Virus record (IMG/VR): IMGVR_UViG_2778261280_000009
Location: 1 to 34,933 of that record
Reading direction: 5' to 3' (one strand)
Source: a virus
Taxonomy: Duplodnaviria > Heunggongvirae > Uroviricota > Caudoviricetes
Length of the DNA stretch: 34,933 nt
Shown: one piece after another, positions 9,045 to 18,447 of the stretch
Numbering within the stretch: the stretch's first letter is position 1
Layout of the letters: every line of letters begins with the position of its first letter
Translations under genes and position numbers: made by a program
Notes under the pieces: model-generated
Seen by the model: only the letters and a program-made list of their open reading frames with translations
What the model was told of the DNA's origin: nothing
The model's database searches: none

Positions 9045-10626
9045 GTGGTGTTGTCTCCTCTTCCGGCCTGCGACTCTCCGCTATCTGCTGCTGATACGCC
9101 TGCGCTATCCACACCGGACGTGAGAGTCCGGCTTTTTGCCGCTCAGCAGATTCCCTGACCTGCTGGCGGAAAATGTCCTGATAATCCTCGCCCATCAGCG
9201 CCAGCTCTTTCTCATACGTGCTCAGTCCGGCCTCAATGCGCATCACTGATTCCTGGACTTCCTTGAGCCCGTCAATGGCCATTCTTCCGGCACCAATCCA
9301 CTCTGCCCGTGACCAGGCTGATCGCGCCTGATAAAAATCAAAACGTGCCCGTGGCGGACGAATAATCCCCCGAAGAAGTGCCTCTTCCAGCCAGCAGGAA
9401 AACATCTGCGTGGCCAGCCGGGCCGCAATAAATTTTCGCCGCCCCATAAAATAGCGCCACGACTCATTGGCGGAGGCGCGGGCACTTGAGTAACTGACCT
9501 TCGAGTAATCACGGGACAACTGTTCGTAGGAAACGCCAAGACCGGCGGCGATATACCGCAGCAGCGCCTGTTCAAGCGCAGAAAATCCATTGTCTGAATC
9601 CTGCGCAGTCTGTAGTTTCAGATCATCACCAGGGAAAAGGTGCGGAATTTTGACACCGCCCAGTGTCACGTTATTCGTGTCATACCAGCTGGAGAACTTC
9701 TCCAGAATATTAATAAGCGGATTATCCTTCTGCTCCTGTGGCGCGCCGGCGATATATTCAAAGGCCTTTTCGGTATCAAGTTCACTTTCAATCGTCGCTG
9801 CATACATCGCCTTCACTATGGCCGACTGAAGCTGTGTTGCCTGCAGGGAATCGAGCATCTTCAGCCGTTCCATGACGCTGTAAAACTGATTAGCCCCACG
9901 GGTCTGCCCGTCCTCCACCGGCTCGAAAATATGCAGCATGGCCGGACGCCCGGTGGGAAGTTCACGCGGGATCCGTTCCCATCGTCCACTACCAGAGAAC
10001 GGAAAATCATCCTCACAGATATGGTACGCGACGGCACGGCCATATCGATCGACCTCCACACCGGCCCGCAGAAAACGGTTCCCCATACCGTGTCCAGGCG
10101 TGTCCACCCGTTTCGGACTCACGGCTTTAAAACGCGTACGGAATAACTGCGTGGTTTCCGTATCCCAGACCGGCTGCACAAAGATTTCGCCGTTAAACGC
10201 ATGAACGCCCACACCTTCACGGATAAATTCCGTGAACGTGCGTTTTCCTTCCACGTCGATCTCGCCAAACATCCCTTCGGCGTATTCCGACCAGGCCGCC
10301 TCCACCTCATCGACAAAGCTTTTTGCTGCGGTCTCCCGCATCCCCAGCCAGCGCCAGTTCGGACGGTAGCTGATCAGAAACATATGCCCGACAATGTGAT
10401 CCTTATGCAGAGCCACCGCATTAGCCGCTATTCCGTTATTGCGCACCAGATCATCTGCCCGGGCATTCCCCAGACGCAACGCGGGCAGCAGGGCCGCATC
10501 GGCACTCTGCGCCGGTGGCAACCACTCAGCCATTTGCCCGCCAAATCCTGCACCGCCCCCGTTGTAGCTGAGACTCTCACGAAGCGGAACGCCGTTCACA
10601 TCAATCAGGACAGGCGTTCGTTTCAT
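9034..10626 (-). CDS. B: Portal protein gpB
   Basis: 530 aa (lambda gpB is 533), MKRTPVLIDVNGVPLRES...; sits between W and C. Confidence 0.85.
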   Translation of the reverse strand: MKRTPVLIDVNGVPLRESLSYNGGGAGFGGQMAEWLPPAQSADAALLPALRLGNARADDLVRNNGIAANAVALHKDHIVGHMFLISYRPNWRWLGMRETAAKSFVDEVEAAWSEYAEGMFGEIDVEGKRTFTEFIREGVGVHAFNGEIFVQPVWDTETTQLFRTRFKAVSPKRVDTPGHGMGNRFLRAGVEVDRYGRAVAYHICEDDFPFSGSGRWERIPRELPTGRPAMLHIFEPVEDGQTRGANQFYSVMERLKMLDSLQATQLQSAIVKAMYAATIESELDTEKAFEYIAGAPQEQKDNPLINILEKFSSWYDTNNVTLGGVKIPHLFPGDDLKLQTAQDSDNGFSALEQALLRYIAAGLGVSYEQLSRDYSKVSYSSARASANESWRYFMGRRKFIAARLATQMFSCWLEEALLRGIIRPPRARFDFYQARSAWSRAEWIGAGRMAIDGLKEVQESVMRIEAGLSTYEKELALMGEDYQDIFRQQVRESAERQKAGLSRPVWIAQAYQQQIAESRRPEEETTPRET

Positions 10627-10829
10627 AACCTCACTCCCAGCGGACGACGGCGACGCCGGGTTGTCCCCAGTACCGACTCCGCATCATTGATCGCCCGGTT
10701 AAGCTCATCCAGAGAAGCCGCCGTATATTCAATTCTGCGACCATCTTTCTGGACAGACACCACCCGTTTACCGGTTAATAAATCAAGGCGCGCCTGACGC
10801 AGCGCCTGCAGTTCAGCGACTGTAACCAT
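10623..10829 (-). CDS. W: Head-tail connector / head completion protein gpW
   Basis: 68 aa, the same length as lambda gpW, with the TGKRV.[ST]VQKDGRR motif; between A and B. Confidence 0.8.
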   Translation of the reverse strand: MVTVAELQALRQARLDLLTGKRVVSVQKDGRRIEYTAASLDELNRAINDAESVLGTTRRRRRPLGVRL

Positions 10830-12741
10830 TCACTCCTCCGGACAGCTTCGCTGCCAGTTCTTTAAGGGTTGGCCGGGTCGTCTCTTCTTCCCGGGATTTT
10901 GCCAGTACAGCCAGATCAAGCTGCCAGCGTTGCACGGACACACGTAATGCCGCGTAGGCATACACCAGGCAGTCCAGCGCTTCGTTACGCCGCTTTTTGT
11001 TATCCCACAGCAGACGCATCTTTCCTTTTTCCCACTTCTCCACAAGCTCTTCCGCGACCAGTTGCTGCGCCTCTGTCTGCGAAAAAATCTCCGGATCATC
11101 AGGAAAACGGATGGCATACGACGTGGCTTCATCCACAGGCGTGGGATCGGCTTTCATACGGGCATAGAGAATTTCTTTTGCGGTGTCCGTCCCCACTTCA
11201 CACAGATACACGCCCCGCTGATTGCGGGTTTTTGGCATGGTGATCACCGGCTTGCCATAGACAGATGCGCCTTTTATCGGCAGCACCCGGAAAACACCAT
11301 GTTTTTTTGACCTCTGATAAACGATTTCGCCATCGATCCCCCCGATGTCCCAGCAGACACGAGAAATAGTCATTTCGGTTCCGTCTGCATGGCGGTATTT
11401 TTTGTTGATCGCCGCATCCACACGTAACAGCGTCTCTTCCTCATCGGGACGCCCCATAATGATGATTTTATCCACCAGAAAGGCTTCCTCTCCCGGAGCC
11501 CATCCCCAGACATACATCTCAAAACGGTTTCGCTGCGAGTCAATGCCCGCCGTCAGATAAACCACCCGGGCAGGCACCGCCGCCGTGTAACGCACAACCT
11601 TATCCATCAGTACCTGGTGATCGAGTTTTTCGCCCACGGCCTCTTCCCAGGTCTCGCCCAGCGTGGTGTTCACAAAGGTTTTCAGGCCGTTGGGATCTTT
11701 CAGTGCATCCAGCCAGTCATAGACAATCTGTACCCATGTGGTGAACGGACTGTACGCCGTCCAGATATGGAAAGTGATGGAGCGCGGCGGCGGAATTTCA
11801 TCACCCCGGGCGCTGAAAAACATCAGGCCGTCACGGGTCCACATGCCCGTGTTTTCACAGATCCACCGCCCGTTACTCTGGTCAAGCTCAGACTGATGGA
11901 TCACACAGCCATGATGCTCACAAAGGTAGAAAACACTTTCTGGCTTATTCTTCTCCCACTTAAGACCGAAAGGCGAGGCATCATCGCCAAATTTCAGATA
12001 CTGCTCCTCCCCACAGTGCGGACAGGGCACATAAAAACGCATGAAGTGTGCCGACTCGTTAGCGGCTTTTTCGATCTGGCAGGAGCCTTTGATTTTAGGC
12101 GTCGAGCCGCGAATGGATTTTGGCCATACAGAGCCCTCAATACGTTTATCCCCCAGCAGGGTTGGCGAACCCTCTTTTTCAACATCCGGTTCGAACGAGG
12201 AAAGCTCGTCATAACAGACCACATCCACGGATTTTTCACGGTAGTTTTTTGCTGCCGCACCACCCAGACACCAGAACCCCACACCGGAGGAAAAACGCTT
12301 CAGGGTGAGCGTATTATCGCGGTGTTTTCTTCCGAACCATGGAGCCAGCTCCAGCAATGCAGGAACATCCCTTATCGTTGGCTCAACATGAGATTTCATA
12401 AAATCTTCAGCAGCTGAGTCCGTGGGCTGAAAAAGAAGGCTGTTGCGTGATTTATGCTCAATAAAATAAGCCTCCACTCCCAGCAACATCTTTGTATAAC
12501 CAACACGGGCAGATTTAATCAGGTTAACCGTGCGAATCAGATCGTTGCCCATACAGTTCATGATGCCAACCTGAAACGGCAGTGTTTCCCACCGCCCCGG
12601 GGTATAAGACGACTCTTTAGGAAGGTAATAATGTTTATTGGCCCACTGAACTGTCGTCAGTGGAACAGGAATAATGAGAGATAAAAGCCCTGTAGCTATC
12701 GCACCGGCTGCATTAGCTGCCTTCTGCGCGTCTGAAATCAT
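10813..12741 (-). CDS. A: Terminase large subunit gpA
   Basis: Start trimmed to MISDAQK, giving 37 residues before YYLPKES exactly as in lambda gpA; conserved blocks [16 protein letters not shown] and LGETWE; 29-nt overlap with Nu1. Confidence 0.85.
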
Positions 12742-13261
12742 CGATCCACCCGCCCACGTTTTCACCGGCCTTAGCTGCAACATTGGAGGCTTTCGCGATT
12801 TCAGTTTTCACCACATCAAGGTGTGATGGTGAAATGTCCGGATATTTACGCTGTAATGTCAACGGCACACGCACAAGTATCCCCGAAATCTCCTGTGCCA
12901 CACGTTGCAGAATGAAGGTAAACAGTTCAGTTTCCAGCACTACTCCGTCTTCACGGGCATTTTTCAGTTCCTGCGCATCTGCCTGCGCTTTTGTGAGCCT
13001 GTAGCGTTCATAGTCAATGGTGCCGGGTTGTAAATCTGACTCCGCTGCCGCACGCAAATCGTCCAGTTCTTTGCGGAGCTTTTCGTTTTCGATATCAGTT
13101 TCCCTCTGCGCATACCACTGAATTGCCATGGCAGTATCAAATACAGATTCAATGCCCTTACTACCTTTGGAGGCGCAAGGGAGTCCCTGAGACTGCCAGC
13201 GTTCAATCGTCCGCGGGTCCACGTTGAAAATTTCGGCAAGCCTCTTTTTATTAACCTTCAT
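12713..13261 (-). CDS. Nu1: Terminase small subunit gpNu1
   Basis: 182 aa, [28 protein letters not shown] closely resembles the lambda Nu1 N-terminal wHTH; lies 176 bp from cosN as in lambda. Confidence 0.85.
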
Positions 13262-13437
13262 GAAAACAACCCATTATCAAATACAAGGCCCGACATGAAA
13301 ACGCCAGAAAAAGGCATTTTCGGACACTTTCATGTCGGACCTTTACGGATGAAATATTAAAAAAAACAAAAAGTTATATTCGAGAAGTACCGACACGATT
13401 TTCCCTGAAAAATTTTCATAAATAGTGAAAAACCGCG

Positions 13438-13449
13438 AGGTCGCCGCCC
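13438..13449 (-). other. cosN, the 12-nt cohesive-end sequence GGGCGGCGACCT (cosB lies between here and Nu1)
   Basis: Minus strand reads GGGCGGCGACCTCGCGGTTTTTCACTATTTATGAAAATTTTT..., almost identical to the lambda left end as I recall it. Confidence 0.8.
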
Positions 13450-13827
13450 CGTAACCTGTCGGATCGCCGGAAAGGACCCGTTGGCCGTTCTGGTCTACTT
13501 CGTAATGGGATTTAATAGCTGAACGACAAAAGTCTTGCGACCACAGTCACACATACCTGAATACACGTCCTGTTTCTTCCACCCCAGCACAGGACTGGCG
13601 AGCATGAGGGCCCCCCCCCGCGAACCATAAACGCGGTAAAAACCCGGTGTGCATCGTTTTTGATTATTCCCGCACACTCACGCAGAAGGAATTCCCTGTC
13701 GGGCTACAGTCTCTGTTAATACGGGAATACGGCGACGATACAGCGCATGATGTGTCAGGCTTAAATACCTTTATCCGTTAAAAGGGATATCAGTTAAGTT
13801 ATCCCGTGTAGGGTATAAACCATTATC

Positions 13828-13854
13828 AAAGCCACTCTGTAGGGAGTGGCTTTT
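13828..13854 (+). terminator. Rho-independent terminator candidate
   Basis: GCCACTC-tgtagg-GAGTGGC hairpin followed by TTTT. Confidence 0.45.
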
Positions 13855-13862
13855 GTAATGGC

Positions 13863-13888
13863 AATAAAAAGCCCCGCGAATGCGAGGC
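13863..13888 (-). terminator. Rho-independent terminator candidate downstream of Rz
   Basis: Minus strand GCCTCGC-ATTC-GCGGGGC (one G-U pair) followed by TTTTTATT; convergent with the plus-strand terminator 10 bp away. Confidence 0.5.
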
Positions 13889-14062
13889 TAAATCCTGGTA
13901 TTTGTAATGACTGGCTCTTATCTCAACGCAGCCCCTTACCGCGCGCAAGATGCTCAATATCAAGCATCAGCAATGAGATATTTAATCTGGATTCACTCCA
14001 GAAGTGATCACCACCCTGTCTACAGAGCCAGATGTGAAAGATGATGAGTAAAATTATCGCTA

Positions 14063-14530
14063 TCATCGAAGGCATTGCGTCCAGATGTATTCCTGAAGCG
14101 TTCTCAGTGCTGTTTGGTCGCTGATGATTCCGTCCCGGATACCGAGAACGTTTCGTCCAGCAACTGGAGAGAGTTCGACGGTGGCATCATTGCCCATGCC
14201 GGAGGCGCTGGAGGCTTCGGCTGAGGTTGGCACAGGACATTTTCCTTTGACGAACACCCGGCCACCATTATCAAGCTTGCGCCAAAGAGCATCATTTTCA
14301 GCTTTCGCATCAGCTAACTCCTTCGTGTATTTTGCATCGAGCGCAGCAACATCACGCTGACGCATCTGCATGTCAGTAATTGCCGCGTTCGCCAGCTTCA
14401 GTTCTCTGGCATTTTTGTCGCGCTGGGCTTTGTAGGTAATGGCGTTATCACGGTAATGATTAACAGCCCATGACAGGCAGACGATGATGCAGATAACCAG
14501 AGCGGAGATAATCGCGGTGACTCTGCTCAT
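14063..14530 (-). CDS. Rz: Spanin, inner-membrane subunit (i-spanin) Rz
   Basis: 155 aa; N-terminal [60 protein letters not shown] matches lambda Rz; TM helix plus coiled coil. Confidence 0.85.
   Translation of the reverse strand: MSRVTAIISALVICIIVCLSWAVNHYRDNAITYKAQRDKNARELKLANAAITDMQMRQRDVAALDAKYTKELADAKAENDALWRKLDNGGRVFVKGKCPVPTSAEASSASGMGNDATVELSPVAGRNVLGIRDGIISDQTALRTLQEYIWTQCLR
14104..14310 (-). CDS. Rz1: Spanin, outer-membrane lipoprotein (o-spanin) Rz1, embedded in Rz in the +1 frame
   Basis: 68 aa, [19 protein letters not shown] with lipobox and Pro-rich segment [11 protein letters not shown]; the embedded architecture is as in lambda. Confidence 0.75.
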   Translation of the reverse strand: MRKLKMMLFGASLIMVAGCSSKENVLCQPQPKPPAPPAWAMMPPSNSLQLLDETFSVSGTESSATKQH

Positions 14531-15003
14531 ACCTCAATCTCTCTGACCGTTCCGCCAGCCTCTTTGAATTTTGCAATCAGGCTGTCAGCCTTATGCTCGA
14601 ACTGGCCATAACCAGCGCCCGGCAGTGAAGCCCAGATATTGCTGCAACGGTCGATTGCCTGACGGATGTCACCGCGATCAATCATCGGTAAAGCGCCACG
14701 CTCCTTAATCTGCTGCAGTGCAACAGCGTCCTGGCTTTTTGGAGAGAAGTCTTTCAGGCCAAGCTGCTTACGATAGGCATCCCACCAACGGGAAAGAAGC
14801 TGGTAACGTCCGGCTGCTGTTGATTTGAGTTTGGGGTTTAGCGTGACAAGTTTGCGAGGGTGATCGGAGTAATCCGTGAATAACTCACCACCTACAATAA
14901 CGTCGTAGCCGTGATTGCGGGTTGGCTGTCGCCCGTTATCCGTTCCTTCTGACCACGCCAACATATCGAGGAAAGCTTTACGCTGGGAATTTAGTACCTG
15001 CAT
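14527..15003 (-). CDS. R: Endolysin (lytic transglycosylase), lambda R-like
   Basis: 158 aa; [47 protein letters not shown] is near-identical to lambda R as recalled. Confidence 0.9.
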   Translation of the reverse strand: MQVLNSQRKAFLDMLAWSEGTDNGRQPTRNHGYDVIVGGELFTDYSDHPRKLVTLNPKLKSTAAGRYQLLSRWWDAYRKQLGLKDFSPKSQDAVALQQIKERGALPMIDRGDIRQAIDRCSNIWASLPGAGYGQFEHKADSLIAKFKEAGGTVREIEV

Positions 15004-15006
15004 AAA

Positions 15007-15342
15007 TTACTCCTTAGAGCCACCGAACTTGTTACCGATTACTCGCATTGCAGCCCCACGAATAGCATCGACCCCGATCAGCCCCACCCCACCACCAATG
15101 GCAACAGAAAGCGATTTAGGCCATCCGACATACTCAAGCGCGGATGCAAAGGTCAACGTCAGAGCGCCACATAGCAAAATCTCGAGCGTTTTTCGCTTCC
15201 AGCCACCACCACCACCAAAATAGGCGATGCGCAAACCAGCCATAACAATCGACATAATCACTGCGCCCAGCGGCGTATCTCCACGCCACCAGCTCTGGAA
15301 CAACTCCAGCCAGTCCGGCCAGGTATTTGGGTTATGAGGCAT
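15007..15342 (-). CDS. Holin (putative, three predicted TM segments)
   Basis: Start trimmed to MPHNPNTWPDW with a GAGGTG Shine-Dalgarno; 111 aa with three hydrophobic stretches; immediately upstream of the endolysin; not lambda S-like. Confidence 0.65.
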   Translation of the reverse strand: MPHNPNTWPDWLELFQSWWRGDTPLGAVIMSIVMAGLRIAYFGGGGGWKRKTLEILLCGALTLTFASALEYVGWPKSLSVAIGGGVGLIGVDAIRGAAMRVIGNKFGGSKE

Positions 15343-15390
15343 TTCGTCATCTCTCACCTCGCGATTATTTGCGGGTGCTGTGTTGGAAAT

Positions 15391-15412
15391 AAAAAGGCCA
15401 CCTGACGTGGCC
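15391..15412 (-). terminator. Rho-independent terminator right after the methyltransferase gene
   Basis: Minus strand GGTGGCCAC-GTCAG-GTGGCC followed by TTTTT, starting 7 nt after the methyltransferase stop. Confidence 0.6.
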
Positions 15413-15418
15413 ACCAGA

Positions 15419-16471
15419 TTATTTCCCCACCAGCTCGTTTATCTCTTTCACTGTCTGGTTAAACCGCTCTGACTCAAGCTCAACACCTAAGGCCCGACGC
15501 CCCAGCGCCGTTGCTGCTTTTATTGTGGAACCGGATCCCATAAAGAAATCAGCAACCAGATCGCCGGGTCGACTACTGGCATTGATTATTTGCCTGAGCA
15601 TATCCGCCGGTTTCTCACACGGATGTTTACCCGGGTAGAACTGAACGGGTTTATGCATCCAGACATCGGTATAAGGCACGGAGACTGATACGGAGAAATA
15701 GCGCCGGAGAGATTTAAACTCATCCAGCAATTCAGAATATTTGCGATTCAGTGAATCATAAGATGCCACCAACTGGTGGTGTGGTTGTTCCAGTTGTTGT
15801 TCCTGAAACTTCTCTGCCGCTATACGGGAAAACAGTGCCTGTAACTTCCGGTAGTCAGCCTCATTCGGCAACTGCCACTGACTGGCACCAAACCAGTGGG
15901 AAACCATATTTTTCTTACCTGTGGCTTCGGCAATTTGTTTTGCCGTTATACCCAGTTCGGCACGAGCATCCCTGAAATACGATATCAGCGGTGCCATTAT
16001 GTGCTGTTTGAGTTCCCTTTCTTTTGCCACATAGCCGTCACTTTTGCCGCGATATGGCCCCCGGTAATGTTCAGCAAACAGAACGCGCTCTGTGGCAGGA
16101 AAATATGCGCGCAGACTTTCTTTATTACACCCATTCCAACGTCCGGACGGCTTCGCCCAGATGATATGGTTAAGCACGTTGAAACGTTCACGCATCATGA
16201 TCTCAATATCAGATGCCAGGCGATGCCCACAGAACAGGTAAAGGCTTCCGGCAGGTTTCAACACCCGCCAGAACTGGGCCAGACAGTGGTCCAGCCACTT
16301 AAGGTAATCTTCGTCCCCTTTCCACTGATTGTCCCAACCGTTAGGTTTCACCTTGAAGTAAGGCGGATCGGTAACAATCAGGTCAATGGAATCATCAGGC
16401 AGGGACTGAATAAAATGCAGGCAATCAGCGTTGATTAAATCAACACTGTTTATTTTTACAGTATTTTTCAT
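15419..16471 (-). CDS. DNA methyltransferase (beta-class N6-adenine/N4-cytosine amino-MTase), orphan
   Basis: 350 aa; N-terminal DPPY catalytic motif (LIVTDPPYF) and C-terminal AdoMet motif (DFFMGSGST); no adjacent restriction endonuclease gene. Confidence 0.8.
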   Translation of the reverse strand: MKNTVKINSVDLINADCLHFIQSLPDDSIDLIVTDPPYFKVKPNGWDNQWKGDEDYLKWLDHCLAQFWRVLKPAGSLYLFCGHRLASDIEIMMRERFNVLNHIIWAKPSGRWNGCNKESLRAYFPATERVLFAEHYRGPYRGKSDGYVAKERELKQHIMAPLISYFRDARAELGITAKQIAEATGKKNMVSHWFGASQWQLPNEADYRKLQALFSRIAAEKFQEQQLEQPHHQLVASYDSLNRKYSELLDEFKSLRRYFSVSVSVPYTDVWMHKPVQFYPGKHPCEKPADMLRQIINASSRPGDLVADFFMGSGSTIKAATALGRRALGVELESERFNQTVKEINELVGK

Positions 16472-16620
16472 GGATCAGTAAGCGTAACTCTGGTAGGCTC
16501 ACTCTGCTTTTGCGCTAAAGCAGTGGGCCGTGGTTCGCTTGTGACCAGTAAGCATGAGCGAATGGCTGGCAGGTGCTACCAACACCCACCAGCCGCCCAT
16601 TTTCACAAATTAAAAGCCCT

Positions 16621-16815
16621 TCATTGCTGAAGGCGTCTGTAACAGCCGAACTGGTAATCTGCCAGCCCCGCCATAACCAGCTGGGTCAGTATTAACTGAC
16701 AGCGTTCGCGTGAAAGGTATGTGTTTTGTGCTATCTCCCCGACTGTTGCCGGTTTGCCGTTTAATTCATTAAAAACAACTTTCGCCGTTTCTGTCATATC
16801 TTGCTGTTTTAGCAT
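16621..16815 (-). CDS. Small hypothetical protein (64 aa), possible winged-helix fold
   Basis: ORF in the late-operon orientation with a hairpin overlapping its stop codon; function unknown. Confidence 0.35.
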   Translation of the reverse strand: MLKQQDMTETAKVVFNELNGKPATVGEIAQNTYLSRERCQLILTQLVMAGLADYQFGCYRRLQQ

Positions 16816-16938
16816 GTCTTTTTACCTTCATGGTTAACATGACATACCAATAACTCTTGTCTAAAAAGCCAGCAAGATAAAAAGTCAGTATTCACGACCA
16901 CCAGCGTGTTTACCGTACTGCACCAATGTTTAATTTAT

Positions 16939-16960
16939 AAAAAAACCGCGAGAACGCGGT
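16939..16960 (-). terminator. Rho-independent terminator downstream of the AT-rich moron ORF
   Basis: Minus strand ACCGCG-TTCT-CGCGGT followed by TTTTTT. Confidence 0.6.
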
Positions 16961-16996
16961 AAGTATTGTTAAAAAAAAACAGTAATTTCACTCAAC

Positions 16997-17527
16997 TTAT
17001 TTAATACATTCTTTTGCTTGCGCATAATAAATTTTATGAGTATTAGCAAGCTTAACGAAGTTATACTTAACTGCCCCTAACAGGGTTCCAACTCTTGTAT
17101 GCCCTTCCATTAAATGAAGCCCTGTTGTATTACTTTTCAGCAAAGCTCGATCTATAAAAAATGGAGGTTCACACCATGTGCCAAAATTACACCAATGCGC
17201 TTTTATTTCATCATCCATAAATACATCGCCTTTACGGGTTGTGAAATCTTCAACGACCTCATGCAAAAAATCAGGGTAAGTAGCATTATCCCCGATAGTT
17301 AAAAAATTTTTAGTGGGAAGTTCAATCAATTTCCATTCGATTTGGTCAATATTAAGATCCCCATAAAGCTCCTGAAATCTGTCATAACCTGCCAATCCAT
17401 AATAAATCTCCTGAATTACAGGAGTGGGGGCGGCGATAGAATATTGCTCACGAAGTATTCTTTCAGCCTCAGGAGCTTTAAATATGGGTCTTTCTGAGAA
17501 AATAGGCAAAAGATCTCGGTATAACAT
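16997..17527 (-). CDS. Hypothetical protein (176 aa) in an AT-rich moron between Q and the lysis genes
   Basis: Uninterrupted ORF with a GGGGA Shine-Dalgarno; local GC is visibly lower than the flanking phage DNA; flanked by terminators; no family recognised. Confidence 0.6.
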   Translation of the reverse strand: MLYRDLLPIFSERPIFKAPEAERILREQYSIAAPTPVIQEIYYGLAGYDRFQELYGDLNIDQIEWKLIELPTKNFLTIGDNATYPDFLHEVVEDFTTRKGDVFMDDEIKAHWCNFGTWCEPPFFIDRALLKSNTTGLHLMEGHTRVGTLLGAVKYNFVKLANTHKIYYAQAKECIK

Positions 17528-17540
17528 CCATATCCCCGTG

Positions 17541-17576
17541 TAAGAAAAAATAATTTAACCCGCTCGGCGGCGGGTT
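17541..17576 (-). terminator. tR'-like intrinsic terminator downstream of Q
   Basis: Minus strand AACCCGC-CGCCGA-GCGGGTT followed by AAATTATTTTTTC, about 100 nt downstream of the Q stop. Confidence 0.5.
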
Positions 17577-17621
17577 CTTGGACTCATCAACGGTAGACAT
17601 ACAAAGCCCATCGTTGGGAAA

Positions 17622-17650
17622 ATCTTATCCATATTTTTTGAGAAATGCAA
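17622..17650 (-). promoter_or_regulatory. Candidate late promoter PR' (-35 TTGCAT, 17-bp spacer, -10 TAAGAT)
   Basis: Sigma-70-like hexamers on the minus strand between the Q stop and the tR'-like hairpin; the position matches lambda PR'/qut/tR'. Confidence 0.35.
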
Positions 17651-17681
17651 GCATCATGTCGCCATCTTCGGTGAAAATCAC

Positions 17682-18434
17682 TTATCTCGTCACCTTTCTC
17701 AATTGTGCTTCAGCGAATGCTTCTTCCTGCCAGCACTTTGTTACCAGTTTATCAATGACGTCTGCATATCCTTTGTACCACTGATAATCAGTCAGGTCTG
17801 GTACCAGCTTCTGGACATGACGTCGTGCCAGTGTGGTCGGTAAACGACTAAACCGGTTTCCATTGCAACGCCCACAAATCTTATAAACAGGCGCGCCATG
17901 AAGCCGGGTTCTTTTTTCATCCAGGACAATGCCTTTACCCTTACACCCTCTGCAAGCCGTGCTGACTTCTCCCTTACCATGGCAATGCTGACATAATTCC
18001 TTCACCCACTCTTCCTTGATAACAGATTCCCCGCTTCTGGAGTGTTTCACCACTTCGCGCAATACACTATGAAATCCAGTACCAGCACAATGCTCACAGC
18101 GAGCCTTACTTGCCGCAGACCTGGAATAATCAGCAAAGGCAAAACTCACAAGGTAAGGGATGATCTGTAACCGGGTTTCTTCACTCAATTTGTTCAATGT
18201 CGGGTTATCCATTGCCATCGCGTAATTGAGCAGACCTTCAATCGCAAACTGAGGATCCTGAACACCAACTTTTGCCAGGAATAAGGCAAACCCAAGCGGT
18301 GCTTTCGACTGCACCATCCCCTGCGCAGCCATCACATCCGTAATCGTTAAACCACCTGAGCCTGTCGCCGGTGCGTCATCGCTCAATTTTGGAGATTTTG
18401 GGGAGTAATATTTTGGTAAGGCTTCAAGGTTCAT
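17682..18434 (-). CDS. Late-gene antiterminator Q (Qin-prophage QuuQ/YdfT-like)
   Basis: 250 aa with several CxxC zinc-binding motifs (CEHCAGTG, CQHCHGKG, CRGCKGKG, CGRCNG); sits immediately upstream of the late promoter/lysis region. Confidence 0.65.
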   Translation of the reverse strand: MNLEALPKYYSPKSPKLSDDAPATGSGGLTITDVMAAQGMVQSKAPLGFALFLAKVGVQDPQFAIEGLLNYAMAMDNPTLNKLSEETRLQIIPYLVSFAFADYSRSAASKARCEHCAGTGFHSVLREVVKHSRSGESVIKEEWVKELCQHCHGKGEVSTACRGCKGKGIVLDEKRTRLHGAPVYKICGRCNGNRFSRLPTTLARRHVQKLVPDLTDYQWYKGYADVIDKLVTKCWQEEAFAEAQLRKVTR

Positions 18435-18447
18435 GCTCGTTCTCCAC

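Noticed and set aside
13495-13677. 60-aa minus-strand ORF spanning the C9 homopolymer near cos
   Set aside because: No ribosome-binding site, it crosses a homopolymer, and it sits where lambda has non-coding cosQ-side sequence; probably spurious.
15343-15414. N-terminal extensions of track ORFs (holin from 15414, V from 4337, Z from 5351, FII from 5686, A from 12783, LexA-like from 21052, cro-like from 25126, YfdR-like from 27610)
   Set aside because: The extensions start at non-ATG codons or lack a Shine-Dalgarno, overlap the upstream gene or a terminator, and the trimmed starts restore lambda-like lengths.
16997-17527. Shiga-toxin or other known toxin at the Q-to-lysis cargo site
   Set aside because: The 176-aa product is a single ORF with no signal peptide and no resemblance to the StxA/StxB pair as I recall them; the function is left unknown.
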